DNA of 64,000 nt from Azolla caroliniana (GCA_043228905.1 JBHGNT010000016.1:15996001-16060000); one strand, 5' to 3'; positions 23,979 through 37,700 are shown, numbered from the stretch's first letter. Notes: generated by a model from the letters alone, not told the origin. Numbers and translations are program-made.

Positions 23979-24101
23979 ATGGCTATGGAGCTCGACCTCG
24001 ATAACGCCGCCGCCACCGACTTCTTCTCTGACTCCATCCCTGATTCTCGACCCCTTGACTCCGATTTCTTCAACTCCTTCGACGACCTTGCCATCACTTA
24101 A
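23979..24101 (+). pseudogene. 40-aa small ORF resembling COP9 signalosome subunit 9 (CSN9/CSNAP), probably truncated
   Basis: MAMELDLDNAAATDFFSDSIPDSRPLDSDFFNSFDDLAIT*; DFFNSFDD matches the recalled CSNAP C-terminal DFFN(S/D)FEDxFDD motif. Confidence 0.55.
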
Positions 24102-24479
24102 CTTCTTTGGAATGTCACATAACAAAGATTATCAACAAAGGTAACATTGTGAACTTGGACTTAATGTTGAAGATTAATGGATGTCCAATCAATTCCAAAT
24201 GCTACTTAATGTTACTCTAATTACAAAATATTCACTATTGTTTTTCGAAAGAAGTGTTTATCTCAGGGTTGAGAAATTTGTTCAACATGATGTATGTTCC
24301 AAGATCTATATGTTTGTGAGATTGATGGACATTGTGTAAACTTAAAATTGAAAGACATGTTACTATATGAGATTTTTAGACAAGAACTTAGTAAGTCAAT
24401 ACCTTACAATGCTGTGATCATTATTGACCATATCAATGTGGACCCATTAATCTCTAGTTATGTTTAACATCATTTGTAT

Positions 24480-24530
<51 letters not shown>

Positions 24531-27500
24531 GTCTTCTAGGGTTTTTGTTGAGCCTCTTTCAGGGTTCTCTCTCCCATTATGGAGAAAGAGGCACAATCGG
24601 AGCCCGAGGACGAAGGAGGGATTTGGTATGGCCAAGTTTTTAACCATGTTCATATGTGTGCATGTGTGTATGTGTATTTGTATATGCATGGCTGTGTTTG
24701 TATATGTGTGTTTGTATGCATGTATGAACACATGCACACATGCATTTGCAACATTCCAAAAAGCTAAAAAATTATTATTATTATTATTAAAGCTTTAAAA
24801 TTCACAAAAGATTTAGCTTGTTTTTCACGTATTTTATGCATTTTACCTATAGATATGTATTCTAAGTACTTAAAAAAAGGGGTAGAATATTTTAGAATAC
24901 TTAACACAAGTATTCTATGCATATTGTATCCTAAGTATTCTACAACAATTAGTATAACTTTTGGTTGATCTCCTCACAACTAACTGAAGGTTGTAATCTG
25001 TTCAATAGGAACACTCTAGTTTGATGGGAAGAGGCTCTCTTGGTGTGATATAGGTCACCCGTGTGGTGAAATTATAAGGAAGAAAGAAAGATGAAATAAC
25101 ATATTTTAAAGAACGGAATGGTGTAAGAGATCTAAAAGGTATCATATTTGAAAAATGTTTGTCTCATCCATGAGTTAAAACCTCCTAGGGAACCAAATTG
25201 ATGAAAATCAATGATAATTATTCCTTAGGAATATGCACAATTCTAAGACAAATTCAAGAGAAGTGCATACCAATCTTGTCTTTAACTTGGTCCATTTCTC
25301 TTTTGGCCAAGTGCGTTGATTGCTTGTAAATTTAGATGTTGCTTTAATTTTACTTTTTAGTTTCAAATCTCTTAGCTAGATGAATTAATTGTGCTCTTTC
25401 TTTTGTTCAGGTTCTCCTAATGAATTGTATGCCACAACGAGATTCTGAGTTGTTGCTTTCTCATGTTCGTAAGTTTTGTACTAATGTTGGTATGTCAATT
25501 TCCATGTTTCAATGGAATCTCAATTTATAGCTGGTTTGGTCTATTCAATATTGACACTAAATCTTTTATCATTAGGTGTTCATTTCATCATGCATTATTT
25601 GTACCTGGCCTGTCATCGTATAGTAATTTGACTGTTGACTTGAACTCTCCCAAAAGCAACGATAAAGAGGACTTGTCATCGCAACTTGCAATACAAAAAA
25701 GTGTGGGAAAATCTTATCCAAGCACCAAGAGAAGGTAGATTTGGAGTAAGAAATGCAAATGTATTGTATATGAACACATTTGTTTAAGAAGTGTCACCTC
25801 TGCTACATCAACAGGAAATCTTGCTATAACTCAACAGATATTACGTCCTAAAGACATCCTTTCTAGGCATGAGGCATTGAAGAAAGCAAATGATCTCTTT
25901 GGTGGACTATCAAGTAGTGTGTTGCCTTCATTGCCAATTGTCCTTGACCTTCTCCATCAATATGCTCCAAACATGTGGGACTTCAGCTATAGGTTTTCTC
26001 TAATTTCCTTTAGTGTAGTTGGCTTACTGTTCAATTTATTATCTGAGAAATTGTTTTACCTAGAAATTGACTTATTTTTCATGAAATTTAGGTAGAAGAT
26101 GTGATTTGGAAATGCCATCAAGGGTATATATAAGAAAATTTATGATACCACTCAATGGATTAGTCTAGAAGATCTAGGAGCATAGATGAATAGGTGTCTG
26201 AAGTGGACACCCTTCATTATGAGATTAATAGCTGAAATCCTCAAAGTACAGGAGTATATCATCAATGGCTGAAGTGTTGGCAGAATATGTATGGAAATTG
26301 GTGATGGATGTAGAATTCTGGATCATAGTGAAAGCAAAACTAGGAACTTGGCGAATTGGTCTCACCATGATTATATATTGAGTATGAGGAAATCTATCCT
26401 GATTTAATTATCTTAAAAGCACTTGTATTATACAATAAATTGTTAAGGCAATGTCAAGACTTGATTCTAAAAGAGTAATTTCAAATATAGAAGAGCAAGA
26501 TAGACTTGGACTTACAAATATAGATAAAGGTCCTTCAAGTTATGACACCATATTTTGCAAGATCCCACATGATCTAGATTTTAATACTAAAGTGGTGAGT
26601 TGTTGTCTTGAGTGCACATGGGGCAATGTCAAGATCATTGAACATATTACATCCATTAACTTTAGAGGTTGCATATGCATAATAAATGGATACATACGCA
26701 CTTGCCATAGATATAAGATATATAACACATACAATACAATACATACGTAAATAAACATGGAATACAATATAATACATACATGCAATACAATATATACATA
26801 TGAACATATGCAATACAACACTATGTACATATACACACATGTATAAAACTTGAATGTGTCTTTTATGTAAGGGCATTTAAAATGAGTTGTTGTCAAAATA
26901 TATATTGACACTAAGGGGTATTTTTATTAACCAATTTTTTATAAAAGGGTATCTAAAATAGTCAAAACATACGTATAAGGGGTTTATAAAAGATGTCGCT
27001 TTTTAGGTTCTTCTTCATTCTTGAGAATCCCTGAAGTGATTAGTATTCTAAACTTCCTCTCCTTCTTGTAATCATAGCCGGACATTAGGATGCTAATCGT
27101 TAGGTTATCACTAATAACCTTTGATATTTAATCGTTACAATCCATAAGACAGTCGGTGTGATTCTAGCCGACAAGCGTTCAAGTCGACTGTCAATGAATC
27201 TGTCCGTTGGCGCAAAATTTGAGCCGACGCCAAAATGTTTTCAAATAAAATATAACCATTCGAGCAATACTCGATGAGTTCAACACTCGATGAGGAGAAC
27301 ACTCAAAGAGAAAAGCACTCCACGAGTTGAACACTCGATGAGCAGAGCACTTGATGAGTTATGTCGAACGGGCAAACATAGAAGAACATGGACAAAGGAA
27401 TGGGAAGCTCACTTCCAATAGAAAAGCTCGATAGGAGCAACTATGCATCTTGGTCATACAAGATGCACTAGTACCTACTTGGGCATGGTTACTAGAGTTA

Positions 27501-27579
27501 TTTCGAACCAGCTAATGAAGTAGCACCTGAGTCGACACATAGGGATTTCCCGACCTGGGAATAGGTAACAGTCAGAGTT

Positions 27580-28440
27580 AGGATGAGTGATGTTGGAGTG
27601 GGGGCTGAAGCAGATTATTATGAGAAGGTGAGGAATGGTTTTCGCTCATTTTTTGTTGTGATTACAGGGCCGTGTTAATCGGTGAGATGGAATAGGGGAA
27701 GCAAGATACCCCAGATATGGGCTAACTTAAGACAGATATTATGGTTCTCATAGGTTGCGGGATGATGGCAGTGGGATTTGAAGCAACTTTGTCATGGTGT
27801 GAGGATGAGTGGTGTTGGTGCGAGGGCTAAAGCAGATCAGGAGGGGAGAGGAATCATTGTTCACTTATTTTGTTGTTAATTACATAGGATATTGGCGGTA
27901 CTCGGCGAGATGGTGGATGTGGATTGATTGAAGCAATTTGTTTGTTTTTAGGAGTGATGATGGTGGGGGGGATAGAAGCAAATCATGAGGGGATGAGGAA
28001 CCATTATTCACTTGTTTTTGTTGTTTTTTGTATAGGTCAGAGGTGGTATTCGGCGAGATGGTGGATGTGGTTTGATTGAAGCAATTTCTCTGTTTTTAGG
28101 AGTGACGATGGTGTGGGGGAACGAAGAAAATCATGAGGGAATGAGGAACAATTTCTCATTTTTGTTGATTCATTGCACAGGACATTGGTGCTATTCGGCG
28201 AGATGGTGGATGTGGACTAAAGGAAGCAATGTGTTTGTTTTAGGAGTGATGATGGTGGGGGGGATTGAAGCAGCTCATGAGGGGATGAAGAATTTTTTAC
28301 TTATTTTGTTGTTAATTCCACAGGACATTGGTGGCATTCGGCGAGATGGTGGAGGTGGATTGAATGAAGCAATTTGGTTGTGTTTAGGAGTGATGATGGT
28401 GAGGGGGCCGAAGCACATCATGAAGGGAGAGTGAATAAGT
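27580..28440. repeat. ~145-bp tandem repeat array (about 4 clear units plus degenerate ones)
   Basis: CGGCGAGATGGTGG recurs at ~27903, 28051, 28196, 28339 with GAAGCAAT..TTTAGGAGTGATGATGGTG. Confidence 0.85.
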
Positions 28441-28505
28441 TGTGGGGATCGAAGCAAATGGGGTGAGAGGTGGAGATTAGTATAGTACATTTCATTTTCA
28501 TGGTC

Positions 28506-28800
28506 TGTTTTTTTCTCCCCAATAGTTTTTACAAATGTTGGAATCACTTCAGATCTGTTTGCAACTGTTTCTGTTGGGATGGTGAATCTTCTTACAACTC
28601 CACACCTGACACATATGATTGGAAAGACGGAGGACATGGAATATCATGTGAAATATAAGTTTTCTATGGAGTTCTGTTCTAAGAGCCCGAAATTTTGTTT
28701 TCTGCAGCAGATCACTGGAATCAATGCTGTGTTTTATGGCAGTTTTTTTTTCCAACAGTTTTTACAAATGCTAGAATGAGTTCAGATATACTGGTGGAGA
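28506..28800 (+). pseudogene. Two fragments of an MFS monosaccharide (sugar porter) transporter exon
   Basis: LQQITGINAVFY..PTVFTNARMSSDIL (28702-28795, one frameshift) and FSPIVFTNVGITSDLFATVSVGMVNLLT (28513-28598); QQxxGINAVxY is the sugar-porter TM7 signature. Confidence 0.7.
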
Positions 28801-30360
28801 TGACACAATATTATGTACTATTTGTATACTGCCTCCGGGCTTTTTATTAATACCAATGGAGCATATGTTTTATGGTAACAATTAGAGTTCTCTATTGCTT
28901 TGCGTCTTGTGTGAGCAATCCACTTTTGAGCTACATTTGGGATGCCATGACGCTGAAGGATGCTTGGGGAAATCTGAATACGATTTTTACCGCGAACACC
29001 ATAACTAGCAAGCTTCAACTCACACAAGAGTTGAGAAATGTCTGACAAAGAGATATCTCGGTGGCTGAGTACACCTCCAAGATCTAGGAGATCTATAACC
29101 CAATCACCTCCGTCAACATAAATCTCGAGGAGGATGAAATGGTACAAGTTTTCCTTGAAGGGTTGGCCTCGAAGTTCGGAGCATTCTAAACGACGGTCTG
29201 CATGAGAGAGAATACGCCTTTATTTTTTGAGTTTCAATCGATGTTGCTCGTAGAAGAAAAACACTTGGGTGCGTCGACGAGTATGCACACGGACAAGAAA
29301 ATTTTGTACATGAAGGTAGAGAAGCCCCGTGGTTGTGGTGGATGAGGTGGGTCGGCATGCAATGGAGACGACGGATAGTTCTAGACCCTTCACGAGTAAG
29401 GGAAGTGAAGGTAGCGACGGAGGTCGGCAAGGAAAGGTTGCAATAGATTGTTGGTATTGTGGTTGGAAGGGCCACAGAGAGAGTTAGCGCTACAAGAAGT
29501 TGATTTGGACAAATCCAGATCGAGCCGAGGAGACGCAGATAAGCGTCAGATATTGCACTATGCCGAAGGCTCAGGGCGAGCCAAAATGGGCCCAACCCTT
29601 GTAATGATGCACAAAGCCAACTCGATGGCGGTGAACACCTCAAGGTCGAATGAGGTGTGGTATTTGGATTCAGGTGCATCGAACCACATGATGAATCACA
29701 AGGAGTGGTTCTTGACTCTAGAAAAGCCAGAGTAGCTAGGGGTCGTCGAAACTGACGATGACACCCCTCACCCCATTAAACATATTGGAAATGTTACTCT
29801 GAGCCATGCCAACCAAAAGGGTATCATGAGAAAGGTCTTGCATGTGCCGACAATCACCAAGAACTTGGTGTCGGTTTGAAAAATTGTCAATCAACGTATG
29901 CAAGTTCAATTTACTCATCTCGAGTGCTTCATCAAAGAAGAAGGCAAGATAATTGCGCAAGGGCACTGAGAAGGGAGGATGTTTATCCTCAAGAAAAATG
30001 ACGTAGGCACCACTATGTTCATGAAAGGGTTGAGAGTCGAATCGGATATCACCTTGTGGCAGAAGCGGTCTCTCCCTTGCATGCTCTTCCAGCCTTGGCT
30101 CCACCACCGCTAAGCGGGTCGTCGATGTACTGTCCTTCCCTGGACCCAATCCTTCCCCATGTTGCTCACGGTCACGTCTCCTAGGATGTCTTTGGGGGGG
30201 TTCTTCTTCTTCTTCTTCCAATTCCTCCTCTTCCCCGGTCTCCTGGTGGGTTGTCGTGGCTGGTTGCTCCTCCTTGTCTCGCCTTCGCAGCTTGATTCGA
30301 ATGGGTTTTGCCGGCCTGGCTAGTTCTTCACTTCTTGGCTCCGAGACATGTTCACCTTAG

Positions 30361-33300
30361 CGTTGTCGAGGTAGTTGTGGTTCGTGCGGTGAAGTCGTAG
30401 GGACTAAGGTTCAAGGGAGTTGGCTAAATTTTAATAAGGCTTGTGCAACGATGCTAGAAAGATTTAAGGATAGGAAGAAGAAGAGTTAAAAGTAATGTGT
30501 GAGAGGGAGACAAGCATACACAAGAGATAGATACAATCTATGATTTAAGAAGTGAAAATGTATTATAAGAACAAGCTTTATATTAGTTCAATACAAGGTT
30601 TACCCAAAGTTACAATGTCGATTTATGCAACTTTTTTTTTGCTGAACTCTAGATTTATGCCTTTGACTCCAACTTCAAAACACAAGACTCTTTGCAAATA
30701 AGCTAACTTGTCTCATTGATTATTTAATTTTCTAGCTTTCTCTTGATTCCTTGCCCGCTTTGCCTCATTAATCGCTTGATTCCTTTCTATTCCTTCCCCC
30801 TCTTTGTATAAATGTTCTCATGAAAATGGTAATGTGTGGGTGCATAGCATGCATGAAATGCATTTGATGCATGATCGTCATTTGGGGCACATGCGTTACA
30901 TATGATGCATGATAGCCATCTCATCTAAGCTCCCATGTATGAAAATTGATTTGTCATAGGTATGATTATGAAAGTATAAGCAATTATATGCTTCATACTT
31001 GGTGTATAAGGCTATGGGTTCGAGTCTCATAAATGCTACTAAATACAATATTCAAGTTTATTTTTATATCGTGAAGCAAATCCTTCATGACACCCACCCC
31101 CTCTGAACTTGCACATTGGATGTGCAAAGTTCATCTGAAATCTTGAAAAAACTCTTCATTCACCTCTCAAACTTGATGTTCCGTCAAGCATTCTTTGTTT
31201 CTTTCATGGTTAGGCCTCACAGTTAAGAACCGGCCCCTCTTGCTTCCATCCTGACTCTTGATCCTCGTGAAAGCCGAACCATCATCAATCACCATTGTTT
31301 CCATCCTTATTACTGTGATGTATGGCTGGCCAAGGATGACGTGGTAGGTTGATTGATCCTGCACAAAGAAATTTTGATCCACCAACACATCTCCAATTCT
31401 TACCTTCACACTGGAACATGTCCCAAATAGATCCTCCGACATTATGTTAATATCTAATCCATGATCAATGAAAGAAACGCATGGAATGTGTTGTTCCCCA
31501 ATCTTTGTAGGTGCCTCTGTTGTTCCTCGAGCCCAATGTTTCCTTGTATGGTGACTCCTATCCCCTTCATGAATCCCAACATCATTTATCTTCTTTACAT
31601 CTGCAACATTAATTGTGCCACGATCCAAATCTTGGGGTGTTGTTGCACACCCTCCCGTAGCTTCCTTCGTCAAATGTTTTATATGCATCACTGCTTCTGT
31701 GTTCGAAGTAAGCTTGAGAGCTGGGTCTGTCTTCCCTTTTACTTTATTACCTCCTTTAAACTCAGGAGCATCGTTTTCCATCTCTCTTTGCTCTTTTTAT
31801 TTCAACCACTTCAACTCAACTTCGGGCAAGGTGGAATGAAAAAGCTAATGACAGATTGTTACGGGCATGACCATATAATATCCCGTGGTGAGAATGTACT
31901 GTAGTATTCTATACAGGAGGATAAAGTGTAAGGGTTAAATGAGAGTGTAAAGAAGGGAAGGATTACTTTTAATCCTCGGGATTGAGACAACCCATTAGGC
32001 CAAGTGTGAACTTGCTTGGGGGCCTTGGGTCTGGCTATAAATATGAGGCCTAGCTACCCTCATGTTGTCATCTATCGACTACGTCGAGATTCCGTTCTTG
32101 TGGTGGGTCCACCTGACCACCCCCGAGTGAAGGGATTGAGATGGATTCGAGCCTCGATCAGCGTCCCATACCACCGTTGTGGTGTCGAGTCATACCTGGT
32201 GCTGGCGCACATGCTACAAGAGTTGACCCACCACAAGAGCAGAGTCTCAACGTAGTTGATAAATGATGAAATGAGGGTAACTAGGCCTCATATTTATAGC
32301 TAAACCCAAGGACCCCAGGCAAGTTCACACTTGGCCTAATGGGTTGTCTTAATCCCGAGGATTAAAAGGAATCCTTCCCTTCTTTACAATCTCGTTTAAT
32401 CCTCACACTTTATGCACATGTATAGAACAATATAGTACATTCTCACCACGAGATATTATATGACCTCATGCCCGTAACAATCTTTCATTAGCTTTTTCAT
32501 TCCACCTTGCCCGAAGTTGAGTTGAAGTGGTTGTCGTGTCTCCATCAAGTGAATCTTGCCATCTTGGTAGTATATTTTATCATGTTCAAGAGCATCCCTA
32601 TGTTCCTCGCAGTCTTTCTTGTGGTGGTCGATATTATCATACCTTATACACCTTCAGACCATTCCACCTCCTTGCCTTGACGAAGTTGAGCTTTGTCCCG
32701 ATTCCAGCTTTGTCACTTTGATCAACAAGTCTTTCATGCCTTTCATCAATTCATGCAAGAGGGACTCTTCTACTTTTTTTTCCCCTGAGTCATTCCCCGT
32801 CTCGTTTCCCTTCCTCTCAGGCAACTCCATAAACCATAACTTTCTTTTACAGAAATGGACACACGCCCTTTTCACCTCCTCCCAATCTTCGGTAATTCCA
32901 CTTGGACTATTATGATATTCCAGAAGCATTCCCAAGTCCTTCTTGTCTTTAATATTAGTGGTTTGTCAAAATAATATTATTTTATCTGGCATTATTGCAT
33001 TTCTATACATAACATTTAATTGCTCAAATCTTTCTGAAAATTCTTTTAAGACTTCCAAAACACTTAAATGTTTATTAGACTCTACCCAATCCATGAAAGC
33101 TCGCCTTGTCATCCTTAACATATCGTTGAGTTTGTATTCATTCAGTCATGCTCTTTCGAAAGTTGTCCATGTTAGATGCTCCCTTTGTAGCTCCTGGATC
33201 CTTTCTTGTAACTCAATCGCAACAACTCGAGTAAAGCTATTAATTTTTGCAGCTTCGTCGACACCACGTTCAAGCATATCTTTATTGTAAATCTTCAAAA

Positions 33301-33850
33301 ACCTTGTTAAATTCATACCTTCAAAGATTCCTACTTGTGCAAGAATATTGTTGATAGCTTTGTGGATGCTTGCCATCATCCCTTGCTCTCGCATCACTCG
33401 TTCCATCATCGTACACAAAAGACTCATTTGCTCCTCCATTTGTCCTTGTAGCCACCTTCACGTCAAGTTCACCAAATATTTCAGGGTACTTGTGGTTTTT
33501 CTGGCGAAGTCACAGGGACTAAGGTTAAAGGGAGTTGGATAAATTTTAATAAGGCTTGTGCAGCGATGCTAGAAAGATTTAAGGATAGGAAGAAGAAGAG
33601 AAAAGTAATGTGTGAGAGAGAGACGAGTAGAGATAAGAGATAGAGAAAATGTATGATTTAAGAAGCAAAAATGTTTTATAAGAACAAGCTTTATATTAAC
33701 AATACAAGGTTTTACCAAAGTTACAATGTCGATTGCGAGATACGACTTTTCTTTTGCTGAACTCTAGATTTGAACCTTTGTCTCCAACTTCAAAACACAA
33801 GACTCTTCACAAATAAGCTAGCTGGATTAATAACTTTCTCTTGATTTCTT
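30361..33850 (-). mobile_element. Element D: LTR element with gag and aspartic protease only; 5' LTR truncated
   Basis: Direct repeats 30361-30710 and 33477-33820; 3' LTR 30361-31092 preceded by PPT GAGGGGGTGGG; PBS TGGTGAACTTGACGTGA (rc 33458-33474); gag GIFEGMNLTRFLKIY...NFGQGGMKK; PR FIDHGLDINIMS...VILGQPY. Confidence 0.75.
31803..32533. repeat. Long inverted repeat (foldback): arms 31803-32109 and 32225-32533, 115-bp loop
   Basis: CAACCACTTCAACTCAACTTCGGGCAAGG... is the reverse complement of ...CCTTGCCCGAAGTTGAGTTGAAGTGGTTG; inner parts are chromovirus-type LTR sequence starting TGTTACGGG. Confidence 0.93.
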
Positions 33851-34781
33851 GGTTGATTTTCCTTCCTTGATTCCCTGGATGGGCGGCAGAGACACCAAAA
33901 CCATCAACCACAACGCGACACCGGTCCACGCCTTCTTTCCATCCGCCACTGCTGAGATCACCGTCGGGAGTGAGCCTACAACAATCAAGGGCCAATCCAC
34001 CGGCAAGCCTTGGAAAGGCGCGATTATAAACCCTGTATAGTTCTTTGGCATGGCGAGTGGTCGGGGAGGCACGAACCCGTACTCAAACCGAACTCTAGCT
34101 ATTTCTGGGAATAAGGAATTCTCTCCGTCCGGCATCTCATATGCCCTGCTTGTAATGGAAAACTCCCCGAAATAATTTGTCAGAAACCTTGGTGGAGGGG
34201 TTCTCGATGGATTGTAATCCTCCGAATGGGAGCTCAATTGCACCATGCACTATCACTTCTAATATGCCTTCGATGTCAATGGTCATTGCGACCTTCTTTG
34301 ATTCTTTGTGGGGAAATCATTCTACTACTTAGATAAATCCTTCGAGCCAGTTCCTCTGGAGCCAATCCTTTGCTTCTGCGGAGAGTGCCATTGGTTCCGT
34401 GCTTTCTGCATCTAGCTCATTCCGGAGGTGGTTTGCTTGTGCTTTTCTAGTATTCTGCGTCGTTTGTGCGCTTTGTACTCTTGAAAGCTTCCTTTCTCGA
34501 AATGAGACTTGTTCTTCTTCTCGGTAATTTTGTATCCCCATTTCTCTAAGTCTTCAATCCATGTGTCACCATCTATTCTTGGTTCATCTGCTTCCCTGTC
34601 ATGGACAATTATAGTATGATGATGACGTGTGGTGTTTCTTAAATGCTTGGCTAACGTCACTTCGTTCCACTCATCTCTGCATCATTACCGTTTGAAATCT
34701 CGTGTATCTCTTTTTTTCCATTAGTGTTATTATTATTCTTATGATTATTACTATTATTATTATCATATCATTATTACTATT

Positions 34782-37700
34782 TGTAAAGAATTGGGTATGA
34801 TTCTTGTGTGGCAGAAGAGTTGTGTGTTATGTGTATGTGTGAGAGGAATTAGAGGAGAGATGAGAGAACACTAGATAGATAGACAAGAGAAATAAAATAC
34901 TCAAGAAGGTGTATATTTCACAAGTAGAATAAGAATTACAAAATGTAGCATAATAAGGAATCACAACCGACTTAGTATGAAGTATGAGGAGGGTGCTTTA
35001 TATAGAGTCACCCTCTCTCTTCATTAACTTTACAACAACCACTTTCTCTCTTGGCGAATGTGAAGACTCATAGCCATCGGGAATATATAACTCATTAGTT
35101 ATGTGTCATAGAATATGATTCTATGACACATAGTTAATGTGTAGAGAGTAGTGGTGTGACTCTTTACCTTTGAGTAATCATGGATTCTCAAAAGGTGTGT
35201 TCACACGTTACACTATGTTGAGCGTGATTCTCAACACGCCCCCTCAAGCTCAACTCGGGTTGGTTCCTTTTGATTGGTATCCGGTTCGAACGATCTCCGG
35301 TGTCCGCTTCAACTCGTACCCGGTTCAAACGGTATCCGGTTCGAACGGTATCCGGTTCTCGCTTGTACTCCCCTTCAGGCTTGGCAAGTCAGGGATCGTC
35401 AATCCAAGGCCTGACATGAATTGCCGAAGCTTGTCGGCTCCTAAGGCTTTGGTGAAGATATCCGCCGTCTAAAGATTCGTGTTGATGTGTTGAAGGTCAG
35501 CATCTCCGGCCTGTACGCGCTCTCGATTGAAGTGATAGTGCACTTCAATGTGTTTTGTGTGTGCGTGGAACACCGGGTTCCGAGCTAAATATATACTGCT
35601 CATATTGTCATAGTAAATGGGAGTTGGATCCTGGATGGGGACACCCAGATCCTTCAAAATCCTCGTGAGCCATACGGCTTCACATGCGGCTACGGCTGCA
35701 CCCCTGTATTCGGGCTCCATACTCGAAAGGGTGATGGTAGGCTACTTCTTACTACTCCAAGATATTGCTCCGCTACCGAGCGAGAAGACAAATTCGGAGG
35801 TCGATTGTTGATCGGTTTTGTAGCCTACCTAGTCCGTGTTTGTGTACCCTTCAAGTTGTATTGGTGTGGCCGATGCGTAGAGAACGCCCTAATCCATTGT
35901 GCCGCTCACGTATCGTAATACTCACTTAGCGCAATCCAAGTGAATGTCGTGTGGTTTTTGCATGAATTGGCTGAGGAGTCCGACTGGATAGCTAAGGTTG
36001 GGTTGAGTGATCGTGAGATAGATGAGGCTCCTGATCAGTTGACGATATCTGGTCGGCTCGCACTCATCTGTGCCGGAGTTAGCATCTAAATTGAGGTTTC
36101 GATCGAGAGGCGTAGCGACCGATTTGCACTCAGTCATCTGGAACTTGTATAACAAGTTGAGAATGTAGTGCCGTTGAGAGATCATAATGCCGGCCGGAAT
36201 CCGAATTACTTCGATGCCAAGGAAGTAATGGAGCTCCTTCATGTCCGTCATCTCGAATTTTCCGGAGAGGAGGGACTTGACCTTGTTGATGTCGACTAGA
36301 CTTTCACCTCCAATGACCAGATCATCCACATATAGGATGATGACAATTAAGCTTCTAGAGTCATGTCGTATGTAGAGGGAGTTGTCGGATTTCGACATTC
36401 GAAAGCCGATTTGAAGAAGGTATTGCATAATCTTTGAATGCCAAGCACGCGGTGCTTGCTTGAGGCCATAGAGAGGCTTCTTGAGTTGGCATACGGCGTT
36501 TGGATGAATGCGCGATTCGAAGCCGGGTGGTTGTACCATGTACACCTCCTCGTCTAATTTGCCTTGAAGAAAGGTGTTCTTGACGTCCATTTGGTGGAGG
36601 TGCCACCCTTTTGCCGCTGCAAGTGCGATCACGGTTCGCACCGTCGTCATTTTTGCCACCGGGGCAAAGGTCTCTTCGTAGTCGACACCATGTGTTTGTG
36701 CGTATCCTTTCGCTGTGAGTTGAGCTTTGTAGCAGTTGATGGAGCTATCGGCATTATACTTCACCTTGTAGACACATTTACATCCGATGGCCTTCCTATG
36801 TGGTGAGTGGGGAACGATATCCCATGTGTCGTTCTTGTGTAGTGCACGGATCTCCTTGTTCATTTCTTCGATCCATCGCAGGTCCTTCGCGGCATTGGAA
36901 AAGGTTTCCGGCTCCCGTACTGTTGCAACCTTCATCATAATGGCGTAATGGTATGCCATGTAATCGTTGTAGCCGAATCGGCTTACGGGGTTCCTTTCAC
37001 GGGTGGATCGGCGGAGCTTCTCGTTTGCGGATACTACAACTTTCTCTGCTCCATTTGTCCAGATCTCAAGGCCTTCGAACTCACTATCGAGGGAGTGAGT
37101 CGATTCATTGTTGTCGAAGTGATCGTCTTCATATTCCGGCATTTTTGCCTTCCCTTTGTCTAGCTTCGGACTCGGCCAAAATGTGCTTTGATCGCTCGGA
37201 GGCTCTTGTGGTCCGCTCAGTCGGGTCGTGATCAGACTTTCTTCAAACATGTGCGTAAAACGATCTTCATCCTCTATCTCTTGTTCAGCGGATTCCGGGT
37301 CGAGCAGAATCGGAGTCAAAGTTGTCTCTGGTGCGTACCAGGATGCGGACTCGTCAAAAACGACGTCTCGACTTACTCAAGATTTTCGAGTTGAGGGGTT
37401 GTAGCATTTGTAACCCTTTTGCTCCAGTGAGTATCCTACGAGGATACATTTCTTTGACTTCGGGTCAAGCTTTTGACGCTTCTCATCGGGGATGTGCATG
37501 TACGCAATGGAGCTAAATATCCGAACATGCGATATGTCCGGCTTCTTTCTGAAGAACTTCTCGTGCGGAGTAAGTTTGTGCACACCCGATGTCGTACACC
37601 AATTCATGAGATAGACGGCAGTGTTAGCTGCTTCCGCCCAATACGATTTCGGCATGTGATTTTCGTTAAGCATAGCCCATGCCACTTCGAGGATGTGCCG

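Larger units (their letters stand above)
27388..30068 (+). pseudogene. Degenerate copia gag-PR fragment related to copia-1, interrupted by a 1.3-kb insert
   Basis: MDKGMGSSLPIEKLDRSNYASWSYKMH at 27388; resumes RVLYCFASCVS at ~28883; WYLDSGASNHM at ~29658; ends VESDITLWQKR at ~30068. Confidence 0.85.

Noticed and set aside
25000-26650. Possible host exon remnants
   Set aside because: Translations are stop-rich and I recognise no motif; needs BLASTx.
26870-27003. Mutator-like terminal repeat (similar AT-rich AGGG pattern at 40930-41020)
   Set aside because: I could not pair the ends, find a TSD or find a transposase.
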